64,000 nucleotides of DNA from a virus: positions 1 to 64,000 of the IMG/VR virus record IMGVR_UViG_3300042878_001080, one strand, 5' to 3'. The notes beneath the pieces were generated by a model. The model saw only the letters and a list, made by a program, of their open reading frames with translations. It had not been told where the DNA came from and did not search any database. A program made the position numbers and the translations under genes. Shown piece by piece: positions 10,889 to 20,539 of the stretch. The first letter of the stretch is position 1. Every line of letters starts with the position of its first letter.

Positions 10889-10983
10889 ATTATATAAATA
10901 TCTTGTTTTTTATTAAAGTTTCACTACAACTAATAATAAATAATTATTTTTATTTTATCAAGTATTTATAATAAAAACTTTAT

Positions 10984-13908
10984 ATGGAGTGGTTCATTAA
11001 AAAAAATTCTACTTTACCAGTTTTAAAGTTATCCATAATTAAAGATGGGAGAAGTGATTACAATAATTTTATGGAATTATTGGAAACTTCCACCATATTC
11101 TTTTCTATGGTTAATTCTGAGACGGGTATCCCCAAGATAACTTCGAGACCTGCTGGGTTTGTTGAAAAAACATTTGACGACCCCAATGCGGAACCGGAGT
11201 ATTACATTTACTATCAATTTACCAAACAAGACACGAGTATTGAGGGTAGATATGAGGGCCAGTTTTTGGTTAAGACATTTGATGGGAATATTATATTACC
11301 TATCAGGGAAAAACTATACATATACGTCCAAGAATCATTCATTGCTGATGATTTAGAGTATAATACTTGTTATACATCAACGTTCCCTTGTTGTGGTAAT
11401 CCAAATATTGTTGATAACCCAAATGAGAATACGATAAACATTGTTCCCCAGTATTATCCGGGGTCGATAGGTGCGTTATATACGGCAACATCAAGATATC
11501 CGGTGGATACGGATGTTACTGTTACATTTAAAAATGTTTTAGGTGTAACAACAGGTGACCCGGTTATTATTAACACTTCAGTGACAATTTATACCGGTAG
11601 TAAAGAAGGTATTACGGAACTAATTATTGAGGACGATTTTGATAGATTAAATTTATACACATTATTCTCTGATGTGGTATTAACCACCAATAGTGATTCT
11701 CAATACGATAATGTTACTATAATAGATAGACCAATAGTTATCGAACCAATACCACCAAGACCAAGACCAAAATATGTTACCGCAACTGTTATAAGTTGTT
11801 GTGATGGTAAAGAAGGTTGTATGTCTGATATCCCAACAAATTTAAACATTGTTGTAGGTAATAGTGTCTTAGGTGATGATGGATTATGTTATGTTATTCA
11901 ACAATTTAATACTATAGAGTGTGAAACAACAGTTTCTTTTAATCAATCATATTATAAAGATTGTAAATATTGTACGTCAAAATATCCGTGTAATGTTATA
12001 AATACAACACCTACACCAACACCTACGGTTACACCAACACATACTCCAACACCAAGTCCAACAAAAAATTGTGTGGGACCTACATTAAGTACGGTTTTAA
12101 ATAGTAGTGGGAACACATTTTTAGTTTATTTTAATATAACTAACCCTTGTAGTACAATTTTAGTTAATTGGTCATCAGATAACATTAATTGGAATAGTAC
12201 CTCAGGTGGTTGTTCGTCACCAAGAAGTATTACTATTCCAAATCCGTTACCCCCAACAATATATTTTAATGTAACTCAAAATAGTAGTGAATGTCCTTCA
12301 TTTACATCAAATACGGTATCATATTATGTAATACCATTAACAAGAACCCCAACACCGACCCCAACAACTAGTTTGGGTGTTACTCCGAGTGCAACACCAA
12401 CTATAACACCGACAAACACTGTAACCCCAACACATACACCAACAAGTAGTCATACACCAACACCGACAACAACGAGAACACCGACACCAACAAAAAGAGT
12501 TAAGAATTTGGCTTATAATGTGTTATCTTGTTGTAGTAGAATTTCAGGTATTATAATATTACCATTAACATTTACTGTTGGCACAACAATTTTAACGACA
12601 AGTAATTTATGTATGTCTATTACAGGATATGCCCCAAAAGGTAGTATTCCAACATATACGTGGTCGGGTATGGAATATGGCCAAGGTTGTAACGAATGTT
12701 TAAATCGTTATCCTTGTAATCCTATCCCAACTCCGACACCAACCCCTACAAGATGTAATGGTTGTTTAAGTTATGTGTTAGATGGTGGTTTAGGAAGTAG
12801 TGGTCACACAGATTTTAGTTATATTCCTTGTGGAGGACAAACATCGGTAACGGTTTCGATAGATAGAACTAATATGTTACCAACAAATAAGGTAACAGTT
12901 TGTGGTGAGTGTTATTATGGTGTTTTAATTTTGTCAGGGACTGGTAGTTATTCAATATCGGGGAATTGTCCAACAATCACTCCAACACCAACAACCACAC
13001 CGACAACAACACCAGCAACCAATTTATGTTTAATAATCACCCCAAAATGTGGTACATATTTTCCAACTGAAGGTAATGGGTTAATAAATGGTAAGAAATT
13101 TTGGAACATAACTATTGATAACAACCCAACCTTAATTTATTGGGATAATGTTAATATTTGTTGGGTTGTTAAGAATACGTCAACAAATGAAGAATGTTCT
13201 AAATTATATATAGATTCTCAATACCCTATTGGTGATTACACTCAATGGGTATCACCTTCACAAACATCAATGGGTTGTGAATGTTTAACTACGGATAATT
13301 ACTTTAGTATATCGGCCATTAACTGTTTTACACCAACACCAACACCAACTAATACCGTTACACCAACACGCACTCCAACCCACACTCCAACACCAACAGT
13401 AACATCGTCACCATTATTACCAATTGTTGGTTATTTTCAAGATTGTTGTAATGAAAATATAAAATTTAAAGCGGGTTTATTACCTTTTGGGTTAATTTTG
13501 GGTGAATCCTATTATGTACAAACCACGGGATACACAGGTTGTACCACTTTTATACCCGAAACACCGGTTTCAGTTCAATACCCAAGTATTATTGTTATAG
13601 ATGAGGGTGAAAATTGTCAAGTTTGTAATCTTAAAATGTCTATTGTATGTGCAACACCTACACCAACACCAACACCAACAAATACCATCACACCAACAAA
13701 TACCGTTACACCAACACACACACCAACACCAACTATGACTCCAACTAACACACCAATTGGTTGTATTGATTGTGGTGTTTCAGGATACACATATATAATA
13801 TCCGAACCAATTATCTATCCATCACCAAGACCAACAAGCACACCGACAAGAACACCAACACAAACCCCGGATAACACAATATACACAATATGGGTTAATA
13901 TTGAATAA
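10984..13908 (+). CDS. Large mucin-like virion protein: BppU-like N-terminal domain, then Cys-rich modules separated by Thr-Pro tracts
   Basis: FIKKNSTLPVL...YQFTKQDT...GRYEGQF N-terminus; about seven TP tracts; repeated SCC/DCC...CxxC modules. Confidence 0.7.
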   Translation: MEWFIKKNSTLPVLKLSIIKDGRSDYNNFMELLETSTIFFSMVNSETGIPKITSRPAGFVEKTFDDPNAEPEYYIYYQFTKQDTSIEGRYEGQFLVKTFDGNIILPIREKLYIYVQESFIADDLEYNTCYTSTFPCCGNPNIVDNPNENTINIVPQYYPGSIGALYTATSRYPVDTDVTVTFKNVLGVTTGDPVIINTSVTIYTGSKEGITELIIEDDFDRLNLYTLFSDVVLTTNSDSQYDNVTIIDRPIVIEPIPPRPRPKYVTATVISCCDGKEGCMSDIPTNLNIVVGNSVLGDDGLCYVIQQFNTIECETTVSFNQSYYKDCKYCTSKYPCNVINTTPTPTPTVTPTHTPTPSPTKNCVGPTLSTVLNSSGNTFLVYFNITNPCSTILVNWSSDNINWNSTSGGCSSPRSITIPNPLPPTIYFNVTQNSSECPSFTSNTVSYYVIPLTRTPTPTPTTSLGVTPSATPTITPTNTVTPTHTPTSSHTPTPTTTRTPTPTKRVKNLAYNVLSCCSRISGIIILPLTFTVGTTILTTSNLCMSITGYAPKGSIPTYTWSGMEYGQGCNECLNRYPCNPIPTPTPTPTRCNGCLSYVLDGGLGSSGHTDFSYIPCGGQTSVTVSIDRTNMLPTNKVTVCGECYYGVLILSGTGSYSISGNCPTITPTPTTTPTTTPATNLCLIITPKCGTYFPTEGNGLINGKKFWNITIDNNPTLIYWDNVNICWVVKNTSTNEECSKLYIDSQYPIGDYTQWVSPSQTSMGCECLTTDNYFSISAINCFTPTPTPTNTVTPTRTPTHTPTPTVTSSPLLPIVGYFQDCCNENIKFKAGLLPFGLILGESYYVQTTGYTGCTTFIPETPVSVQYPSIIVIDEGENCQVCNLKMSIVCATPTPTPTPTNTITPTNTVTPTHTPTPTMTPTNTPIGCIDCGVSGYTYIISEPIIYPSPRPTSTPTRTPTQTPDNTIYTIWVNIE

Positions 13909-13925
13909 TATAAAAATAACGAATT

Positions 13926-15185
13926 ATGTTTACAGAAGAGATAAAAAATAAATTAAGTGAATTATACCAAAATACTCCTGATTATGTGGGGGTTGCATAT
14001 GGTTATAAAACAGTTCAAGGTGTTGAAACATCTGAGAAATCAATTGTTTTTACCGTTCCAAAAAAGAAACCGTTAAATGAAATTCCGTTAGAGGAACATT
14101 TACCGAAATTAGTTGATATTAACGGTGTGGTTTATAAAACAGATATTATTGAAATTAGTGAAGTTGTTACTATGACCGATTCTGTTGTTTGTAACGACCC
14201 TTTAATTGACCCAAGTTGTTATACTTGGTCTCCTTTGGGTTCCGTATCTCCATCAAATAGAAATACTTTAAGACCGTTAGTTGGTGGAATATCATTAACA
14301 TCACAGAATCAATTAGGTACCGTTGGTACCTTGGGACTAATCGTTGTTGATAGTGAAAGTCAAAAATTAGTTGGTTTAACCAATAATCACGTTGTTGTTA
14401 AAGATGCGTCATACACTAACGAAAGAAATTTAAGCGGTGTTATTGTGAATGAATATAAAGATATCGCTTACCAAAATGGTGAATCATCAACACCAAATAT
14501 TGGTAATGTTATTGGTGAAGTTGTTAGATATGTACCAATAAAAAGCCAACCTCAGTTAAATACTGTCGATGGGGCATTAGTTTCATTAAGTGCCAACACA
14601 CTTAGTAATGTTGAATCATTTAAACAATTGGGTATAAATTATTTACAACCTATGCCATTTGCAACAACAAACGAAATAAATAGTTTGATTGTAACACCAA
14701 GAACAATATTAAGTAGTGGTAGAACAACGGGAGCAAAAACCGGAAATTGTGGTATAAAAATAAAACTTTTAGGTGCAACACAAAATGTTGGGGCGTACCC
14801 CCTACAAGGTGTGGGTAGAACGGTAACTTTCAACGATTTAATAGTTTTCACAAGATTAAGTGAAACTTGTAATTACCCAATATATCACGGTGACTCAGGG
14901 TCTGTTCTTATCGCAGATTTTAATGGTACTTATAAAATAATTGGATTAAATTTTGCTGGTTCAAGTCAAGTTGAAGGTTCATTAACAGATATAGGACAAT
15001 ATGGTTTTGCTTGTAGAATAGATAATGTTGCTTTTGAGTTAGGTATTGAATCGTGGGATGGTAATTCTGTAAATGCTATAACAACAGTTAATAAAATTTT
15101 AACACCTAATGGTAGTGATAATAAAACGATTATTGTAAATGGTAAAACATACTGGCAAGTAGGTTTATCAAACCATTTAAACTAA
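13926..15185 (+). CDS. Trypsin-like (S1/Nal1-like) serine protease with N-terminal extension
   Basis: Catalytic motifs GTLG, TNNHV (His), VDGA (Asp) and GDSGS (Ser). Confidence 0.8.
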   Translation: MFTEEIKNKLSELYQNTPDYVGVAYGYKTVQGVETSEKSIVFTVPKKKPLNEIPLEEHLPKLVDINGVVYKTDIIEISEVVTMTDSVVCNDPLIDPSCYTWSPLGSVSPSNRNTLRPLVGGISLTSQNQLGTVGTLGLIVVDSESQKLVGLTNNHVVVKDASYTNERNLSGVIVNEYKDIAYQNGESSTPNIGNVIGEVVRYVPIKSQPQLNTVDGALVSLSANTLSNVESFKQLGINYLQPMPFATTNEINSLIVTPRTILSSGRTTGAKTGNCGIKIKLLGATQNVGAYPLQGVGRTVTFNDLIVFTRLSETCNYPIYHGDSGSVLIADFNGTYKIIGLNFAGSSQVEGSLTDIGQYGFACRIDNVAFELGIESWDGNSVNAITTVNKILTPNGSDNKTIIVNGKTYWQVGLSNHLN

Positions 15186-15210
15186 ATAAACAAAACAAAC
15201 AAAATAATTT

Positions 15211-17412
15211 ATGCCTTTTTCATCATCAATTTGTTTAACAAATATTGGAGTATTACCAACCGGGAGTAATTTAAATATTTATTCCAATACTGACTCTTAT
15301 TCAACACCTTTTCAAACAAACATACCATTATCTCAATTAGATTCAAATTGTCCGTTTATTTTAACTAATATTCCTGATGGAACAACGACTATTAAGTTTG
15401 TAGATTCAACCTCTAATTGTTGTTATGAACTCTTACTTTCACCCAACAATTTGTGTGACTTATTCGGAATTCAATTAACAGGTTTTTCATCCACAACAAT
15501 TAGTCAAATTATTGCAGGTAACTTAATTAGTTCTGTCGGAAACATCACAGATTATATTATAGATTGGTATGGCCCCGATAATAACACAACCGTAGCCTTT
15601 ACGTCCGGTTATGGAACAGTTTTTGGTCCTTATCAACAAACACATCCGTTTGTTAGAATATCACTCCCCGGATATTATGTACCGATGATTCAAAAAATAC
15701 GAATTAACGGTATTAATTATTCAATAACCGGTGGAACAGGATTTATTCAAGCAAATATCGATTGTTTGGAAAACCAAACTGTTGAGGTATTTCCATCAAC
15801 TTGTTCGGGTAATAGAGTAGAACCTATATATTCTTTTTCTGGATATAATAATTATTACTTTTCAAATACCGCAGCGTTTAACACACCACCCGAACCATTA
15901 TCTATGGGATTTGACCTTGATATAAATTCAAATCATTTTGCGTGGCAATTTCAAGCATACTCAGTTAGCGACACTATTAAAATAACTTTTCACGGAAATA
16001 ACTACCCAACACCAATTGTCTTAGAATATTATACTGTGGGTCAAGAATACACAGAATTAAATGTTTCTGTTATACCAAAAACAATAAAAGTTGGGGGTGG
16101 ATTTTTTAAAAAGGTTACAAACCTCTCTAAATTATTGAGAACCGAAAACGATTTTTTAACAATTGAAGTAACACCTAACCCAGTTATAAGTAGAACCAAT
16201 TGGGAATTATATTTTAAGTGTTTAAACACATTCAACTGTGAAACTTGTTTAGATTCTTTAAGTCCTTATAGATTTATTGATTCAAGTGTGACTATAACTT
16301 CATTGGGTTGTAATCTATATAAACTGAGTGCAAATCTATCAGGTTGCACCAATAGTGTGTTACAAAGTAGTGATATTTATAAATATTTAACCGAAAGTTC
16401 CGCAATAAACTCGGGGTCATTAAATTCGGAATTTTATGGGTACTGTTCAACACCTAATGGTGAAATTGGGTTTAATTCAACACTAAGTAGTGGTTCAACA
16501 TCTTGTAATAATTATGGTGTTTGCTCTGTAGATAATACTTCGTGTTCACAACAACCATATATTTGTGATAGTAATCCAGGTGGGTTTATTAGTTTTAATA
16601 AAACAAACGCTACTGTAGGAGGTCCCGGAAATATTTACATGGAATTCCAATATTTATCGGATTTAAATTTATATTATCAGTCGTATTTAACTAATGTTTT
16701 AAATTATGGGTTAGGAACACCATTTGATAACACAAATATTAATTATTATCGTTATTTCTCTTTGGTTATTCCTATCATACCTTCTAATGACCCTAACAGA
16801 ACTTGCGCCTCCGATACAGGTAATCAAGCACAATATTCAATTCATACATCAAGTGTTGTAACAACAGGAATCACTGGTAATTTTTATTTTTTAAATATTA
16901 CTATGCCATTGACGACCTTAGGTATTACTTTTGATTCGTGTGATTTAGGTTGTTTAGACTATGCGGATTCGGCGATTACCATTCTTAATAGTCACTCAAT
17001 TGGGTCAGGTAATCAATATAGTTTTTATAGTAATGTTGGAGCAAAAAAATTAAACCCAATTTCGCAATATGTAAAACTTGTTAAATATACCTCAGGAGAG
17101 GTAAATGCTAATCAACAGTCATTTCTAAGATTAACAAATCTAGTTAATAATACAATTCCGATGTCGGGAGATAGTTACACAATAATACCGTCATTATCGG
17201 CACAAACTTGTGATTTTTCGGGTTTTATAAATAATGGTACTTATTTAGGGGTAACCCGTTATGTTAAATATGCGTGGAATTACACCACTAACGTATCATT
17301 ATTAAATTATTATAATATTTTTACAGTAATTAACGGGTCTCAAGTTTTAATTTATCAATATAATTTAAACACCAACACACTCATATATAAAGACCCCACT
17401 TATTTTATTTAA
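15211..17412 (+). CDS. Cys/Ser/Thr/Asn-rich putative virion protein
   Basis: 733 aa ORF, last gene of the fibre cluster before a terminator; no recognised catalytic motif. Confidence 0.5.
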   Translation: MPFSSSICLTNIGVLPTGSNLNIYSNTDSYSTPFQTNIPLSQLDSNCPFILTNIPDGTTTIKFVDSTSNCCYELLLSPNNLCDLFGIQLTGFSSTTISQIIAGNLISSVGNITDYIIDWYGPDNNTTVAFTSGYGTVFGPYQQTHPFVRISLPGYYVPMIQKIRINGINYSITGGTGFIQANIDCLENQTVEVFPSTCSGNRVEPIYSFSGYNNYYFSNTAAFNTPPEPLSMGFDLDINSNHFAWQFQAYSVSDTIKITFHGNNYPTPIVLEYYTVGQEYTELNVSVIPKTIKVGGGFFKKVTNLSKLLRTENDFLTIEVTPNPVISRTNWELYFKCLNTFNCETCLDSLSPYRFIDSSVTITSLGCNLYKLSANLSGCTNSVLQSSDIYKYLTESSAINSGSLNSEFYGYCSTPNGEIGFNSTLSSGSTSCNNYGVCSVDNTSCSQQPYICDSNPGGFISFNKTNATVGGPGNIYMEFQYLSDLNLYYQSYLTNVLNYGLGTPFDNTNINYYRYFSLVIPIIPSNDPNRTCASDTGNQAQYSIHTSSVVTTGITGNFYFLNITMPLTTLGITFDSCDLGCLDYADSAITILNSHSIGSGNQYSFYSNVGAKKLNPISQYVKLVKYTSGEVNANQQSFLRLTNLVNNTIPMSGDSYTIIPSLSAQTCDFSGFINNGTYLGVTRYVKYAWNYTTNVSLLNYYNIFTVINGSQVLIYQYNLNTNTLIYKDPTYFI

Positions 17413-17418
17413 CATAAT

Positions 17419-17446
17419 ACCTCCCCCAAAAAGGGAGGTTTTTTTT
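17419..17446 (+). terminator. Rho-independent terminator
   Basis: ACCTCCC-loop-GGGAGGT followed by a T run. Confidence 0.85.
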
Positions 17447-17452
17447 ACCCAT

Positions 17453-17485
17453 TTGACTTAATCAATTATTTCCGATATATTTATA
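17453..17485 (+). promoter_or_regulatory. Promoter upstream of the DNA polymerase
   Basis: TTGACT-17 nt-TATATT, overlapping a TATTTATA box at 17478-17485. Confidence 0.6.
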
Positions 17486-17543
17486 GAAACAAGACAAACC
17501 TGACTTATGTCGGTGCTAATATGTCACTCAAAAAAAATATATT

Positions 17544-20333
17544 ATGGTAACACAAGAAGAAATTAAGGCGTTTCTAGAAGGAAACGACCCCGAAGAGCAC
17601 ATAGTTGCTATCGAGTATGATTACGTAACTGACGCAATCTACAAAATCAAAGAAATCCCTGGTCAGGGAAAAATAATCAAAAAAGATACATTTACAGCAT
17701 TTGCTTGGGTTGGAGACCTTAGAGATTTGAATTTTTATTCAAAATCTAAAGACCAACAAAGAGTTGCAATGAAAAAACATGGAATCGTCATTGATAAGTT
17801 AGAAACCAAAGGTAATGAGAGATTAGAAAAGGGTCTCAAATTTATGGTTAAATCAATGAAAGGTTACCGTTCACTTATCCAATTCTTCAAAGAGGGTGGT
17901 GTTGACCCTTGGGGTGAAAAAACAAAAGGAAAACTTACCGTACTTCCCCCAGTCGAACAATTCCTTATTTCGAGAGAAAAGAGGTTATTTAAGGGGTTTG
18001 AGGAGTATAATGATATCACCCGACTCGGATTTGACTTGGAGACGACCGCTTTAGAACCTAAAGATGGTCGTATATTTATGATTGGAATTAAAACCAATAA
18101 AGGATACCAAAAAGTTATTGAGTGTGCTGATGAAGACCAAGAGAGAAGAGGTTTAGTAGAATTCTTTAATATTATTGATGAATTAAAACCATCTATTATT
18201 GGTGGGTATAATTCAGCAAACTTTGACTGGTTTTGGATATTCGAGAGATGTAAAGCTCTTAACTTAGACATCAAAAAGATAGCTAAATCACTAAATCCAG
18301 CAAGACCTATCTCTCAAAAGGATGGTATGTTAAAACTTGCTAACGAGGTGGAAAGATTCTCACAAACTCAATTGTGGGGTTACAATATTATTGATATTAT
18401 CCACTCAGTTCGTAGAGCCCAAGCAATTAATTCAAGTATTAAATCAGCAGGTCTTAAATACATCACCCAATACATTAAAGCCGAAGCTCCCGACCGAGTT
18501 TATATCGACCACTTAGAGATTGGTCCAATGTATGCCAAAAAAGAAGAATATTGGTTAAATGTTGAGAATGGGAAATATAAGAAAGCCGATAATCCAGATT
18601 TCAATAACTTAGATACAAGATTCCCTGGTAAATACATTAAAGTAACCGGTGATAATGTTGTTGAGAGATATCTTGATGACGATTTAGAAGAAACCCTAAC
18701 AGTGGATGATGAGTTCAATCAAGGAACGTTTCTACTTGCGTCAATGGTACCAACAACATACGAGAGAGTTTCCACAATGGGAACGGCAACGATTTGGAGA
18801 ATGATAATGTTGGCGTTTTCATATAAACATAATTTAGCTATACCTCAAAAAGAAGAGAAGACTGACTTCGTAGGGGGACTTTCAAGACTACTTAAGGTGG
18901 GTTACTCTACTGATGTATTAAAACTCGATTATTCTTCTTTATATCCATCTATTCAACTAACTCACGACGTGTTTCCTAAATGCGATGTAATGGGGGGAAT
19001 GAAAGGGATGTTGGATTACTTTCGTAATGCTCGTATTATGTATAAAAATTTATCATCCGAATATAAAACTATTAACCCAAAGAAATCTTTATCGTATGAC
19101 CGTAAACAACTCCCTCTGAAGATTTTCATTAACTCTTTATTTGGTGGTTTAAGCGCTCCTCACGTATATGAATGGGGGGAAATGAATAGTGGTGAGAGAA
19201 TTACTTGTACCGGAAGACAATATCTTCGTCAGATGGTTAAATACTTTGTTAAAAGGGGTTATACTCCTTTAGTTCTCGATACTGATGGGGTTAACTTTAG
19301 TTTACCGAAAGAAGGTGTTGAGGATAGAGTCTATATTGGAAAAGGTTTAAATTGGTTGGTTAAAGAGGGTAAAGAATATAGGGGTTATTATGCCGACACC
19401 GCAGAATATAACGATTTATTTATGAAAAATTCTATGGGTTTAGATTGTGATGGGACTTGGGATTCTTGTATTAATTTAAGTAGAAAAAATTACGCCACGA
19501 TGGAGTCCAACGGTAAGATTAAATTAACCGGGAACTCAATTAAATCTAAAAAATTACCACTATATATTGAGGTATTTTTAGATAAAGGCGTGAGATTATT
19601 ATTGGAGGGAAAAGGACAAGAATTTATTGAGTGGTATTTTGAATATCACCAAAGAATATATAACCAACAAATCCCATTGAAACAAATTGCTCAAAGAGCG
19701 AGAGTTAAATTATCTATTGACGATTATAAAAAAAGATGTGGTATGAAAACTAAGGCGGGTTCGTTAATGTCGAGGATGAGTCATATGGAATTGGTAATTA
19801 AACACAACTTAAAAGTATCATTAGGTGATGTTATTAGTTATGTTAATAATGGAACTAAAGCCTCTCACGGAGACGTTCAAAAAATAACAAAAAACAATTA
19901 CACTAAAAAAGAGTTAGATTTATTTACATCCGTGAATGGGATGGAACCTGAAAATAAAACTACCTCAACAATACAACTTAATTGTTATCTGTTAGACCAA
20001 ACTGAAATTGAAAATAATCCCGAGTTAATAGGTGAGTATAATGTTGCAAGAGCAATCACAACATTTAATAAAAAAGTTGAACCATTATTGATTGTTTTTA
20101 ACAAGGAGTTACGAGAAAGTTTGTTAATTGCCAATCCAGAAGAGAGAGGGTTTTTCACTAAAACTCAGTGTGAATTAGTTAGTGGGGTTCCAAATAAAGA
20201 TGTTGACCAAGATAAAATTGAGGATTTATTAACGATAACCGATTTAGAGTTAAAATTTTGGGATAAAGTCGGGGTTAGTCCTGATTATATTTATGATTTA
20301 GCAGAACCGGGATGGGAAGAACATATTAACTAA
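17544..20333 (+). CDS. Family B DNA polymerase with 3'-5' exonuclease domain
   Basis: FDLETT (ExoI), YNSANFDW (ExoII), DYSSLYPS (motif A), KIFINSLFG (motif B), DTDG (motif C). Confidence 0.95.
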   Translation: MVTQEEIKAFLEGNDPEEHIVAIEYDYVTDAIYKIKEIPGQGKIIKKDTFTAFAWVGDLRDLNFYSKSKDQQRVAMKKHGIVIDKLETKGNERLEKGLKFMVKSMKGYRSLIQFFKEGGVDPWGEKTKGKLTVLPPVEQFLISREKRLFKGFEEYNDITRLGFDLETTALEPKDGRIFMIGIKTNKGYQKVIECADEDQERRGLVEFFNIIDELKPSIIGGYNSANFDWFWIFERCKALNLDIKKIAKSLNPARPISQKDGMLKLANEVERFSQTQLWGYNIIDIIHSVRRAQAINSSIKSAGLKYITQYIKAEAPDRVYIDHLEIGPMYAKKEEYWLNVENGKYKKADNPDFNNLDTRFPGKYIKVTGDNVVERYLDDDLEETLTVDDEFNQGTFLLASMVPTTYERVSTMGTATIWRMIMLAFSYKHNLAIPQKEEKTDFVGGLSRLLKVGYSTDVLKLDYSSLYPSIQLTHDVFPKCDVMGGMKGMLDYFRNARIMYKNLSSEYKTINPKKSLSYDRKQLPLKIFINSLFGGLSAPHVYEWGEMNSGERITCTGRQYLRQMVKYFVKRGYTPLVLDTDGVNFSLPKEGVEDRVYIGKGLNWLVKEGKEYRGYYADTAEYNDLFMKNSMGLDCDGTWDSCINLSRKNYATMESNGKIKLTGNSIKSKKLPLYIEVFLDKGVRLLLEGKGQEFIEWYFEYHQRIYNQQIPLKQIAQRARVKLSIDDYKKRCGMKTKAGSLMSRMSHMELVIKHNLKVSLGDVISYVNNGTKASHGDVQKITKNNYTKKELDLFTSVNGMEPENKTTSTIQLNCYLLDQTEIENNPELIGEYNVARAITTFNKKVEPLLIVFNKELRESLLIANPEERGFFTKTQCELVSGVPNKDVDQDKIEDLLTITDLELKFWDKVGVSPDYIYDLAEPGWEEHIN

Positions 20334-20383
20334 AAATTAAGAATAAAAACCTGACTTTTACATAAAATAAGATATTTATATAT

Positions 20384-20539
20384 ATGGGACGACCTAAAAA
20401 AGAAGAGAAAGATAAAAAGATTAAAATTGGTATAACAATTGACCGAGAACTTTATAATCAAATTAAAAAAGATAAAATAATGCCTTCCCGAATTATAGAA
20501 AAACTAGTTAAAGAATATTATGAAAACAAAAATTTGTAG
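20384..20539 (+). CDS. Small ribbon-helix-helix-like protein (51 aa, not in ORF track), partner of HNH copy 2
   Basis: MGRPKKEEKDKKIKIGITIDRELYNQIKKDKIMPSRIIEKLVKEYYENKNL*; overlaps the HNH start by 20 nt. Confidence 0.8.
   Translation: MGRPKKEEKDKKIKIGITIDRELYNQIKKDKIMPSRIIEKLVKEYYENKNL

Noticed and set aside
17864-18718. Minus-strand ORFs inside the polymerase, and similar short nested ORFs elsewhere
   Set aside because: Antisense to well-supported genes, with no motifs or independent expression signals.
17544-20333. Intein or intron in the polymerase (also checked helicases, recA and nrdA)
   Set aside because: ORFs are continuous and of ordinary length, with no intein splice motifs seen; the HNH genes are intergenic.
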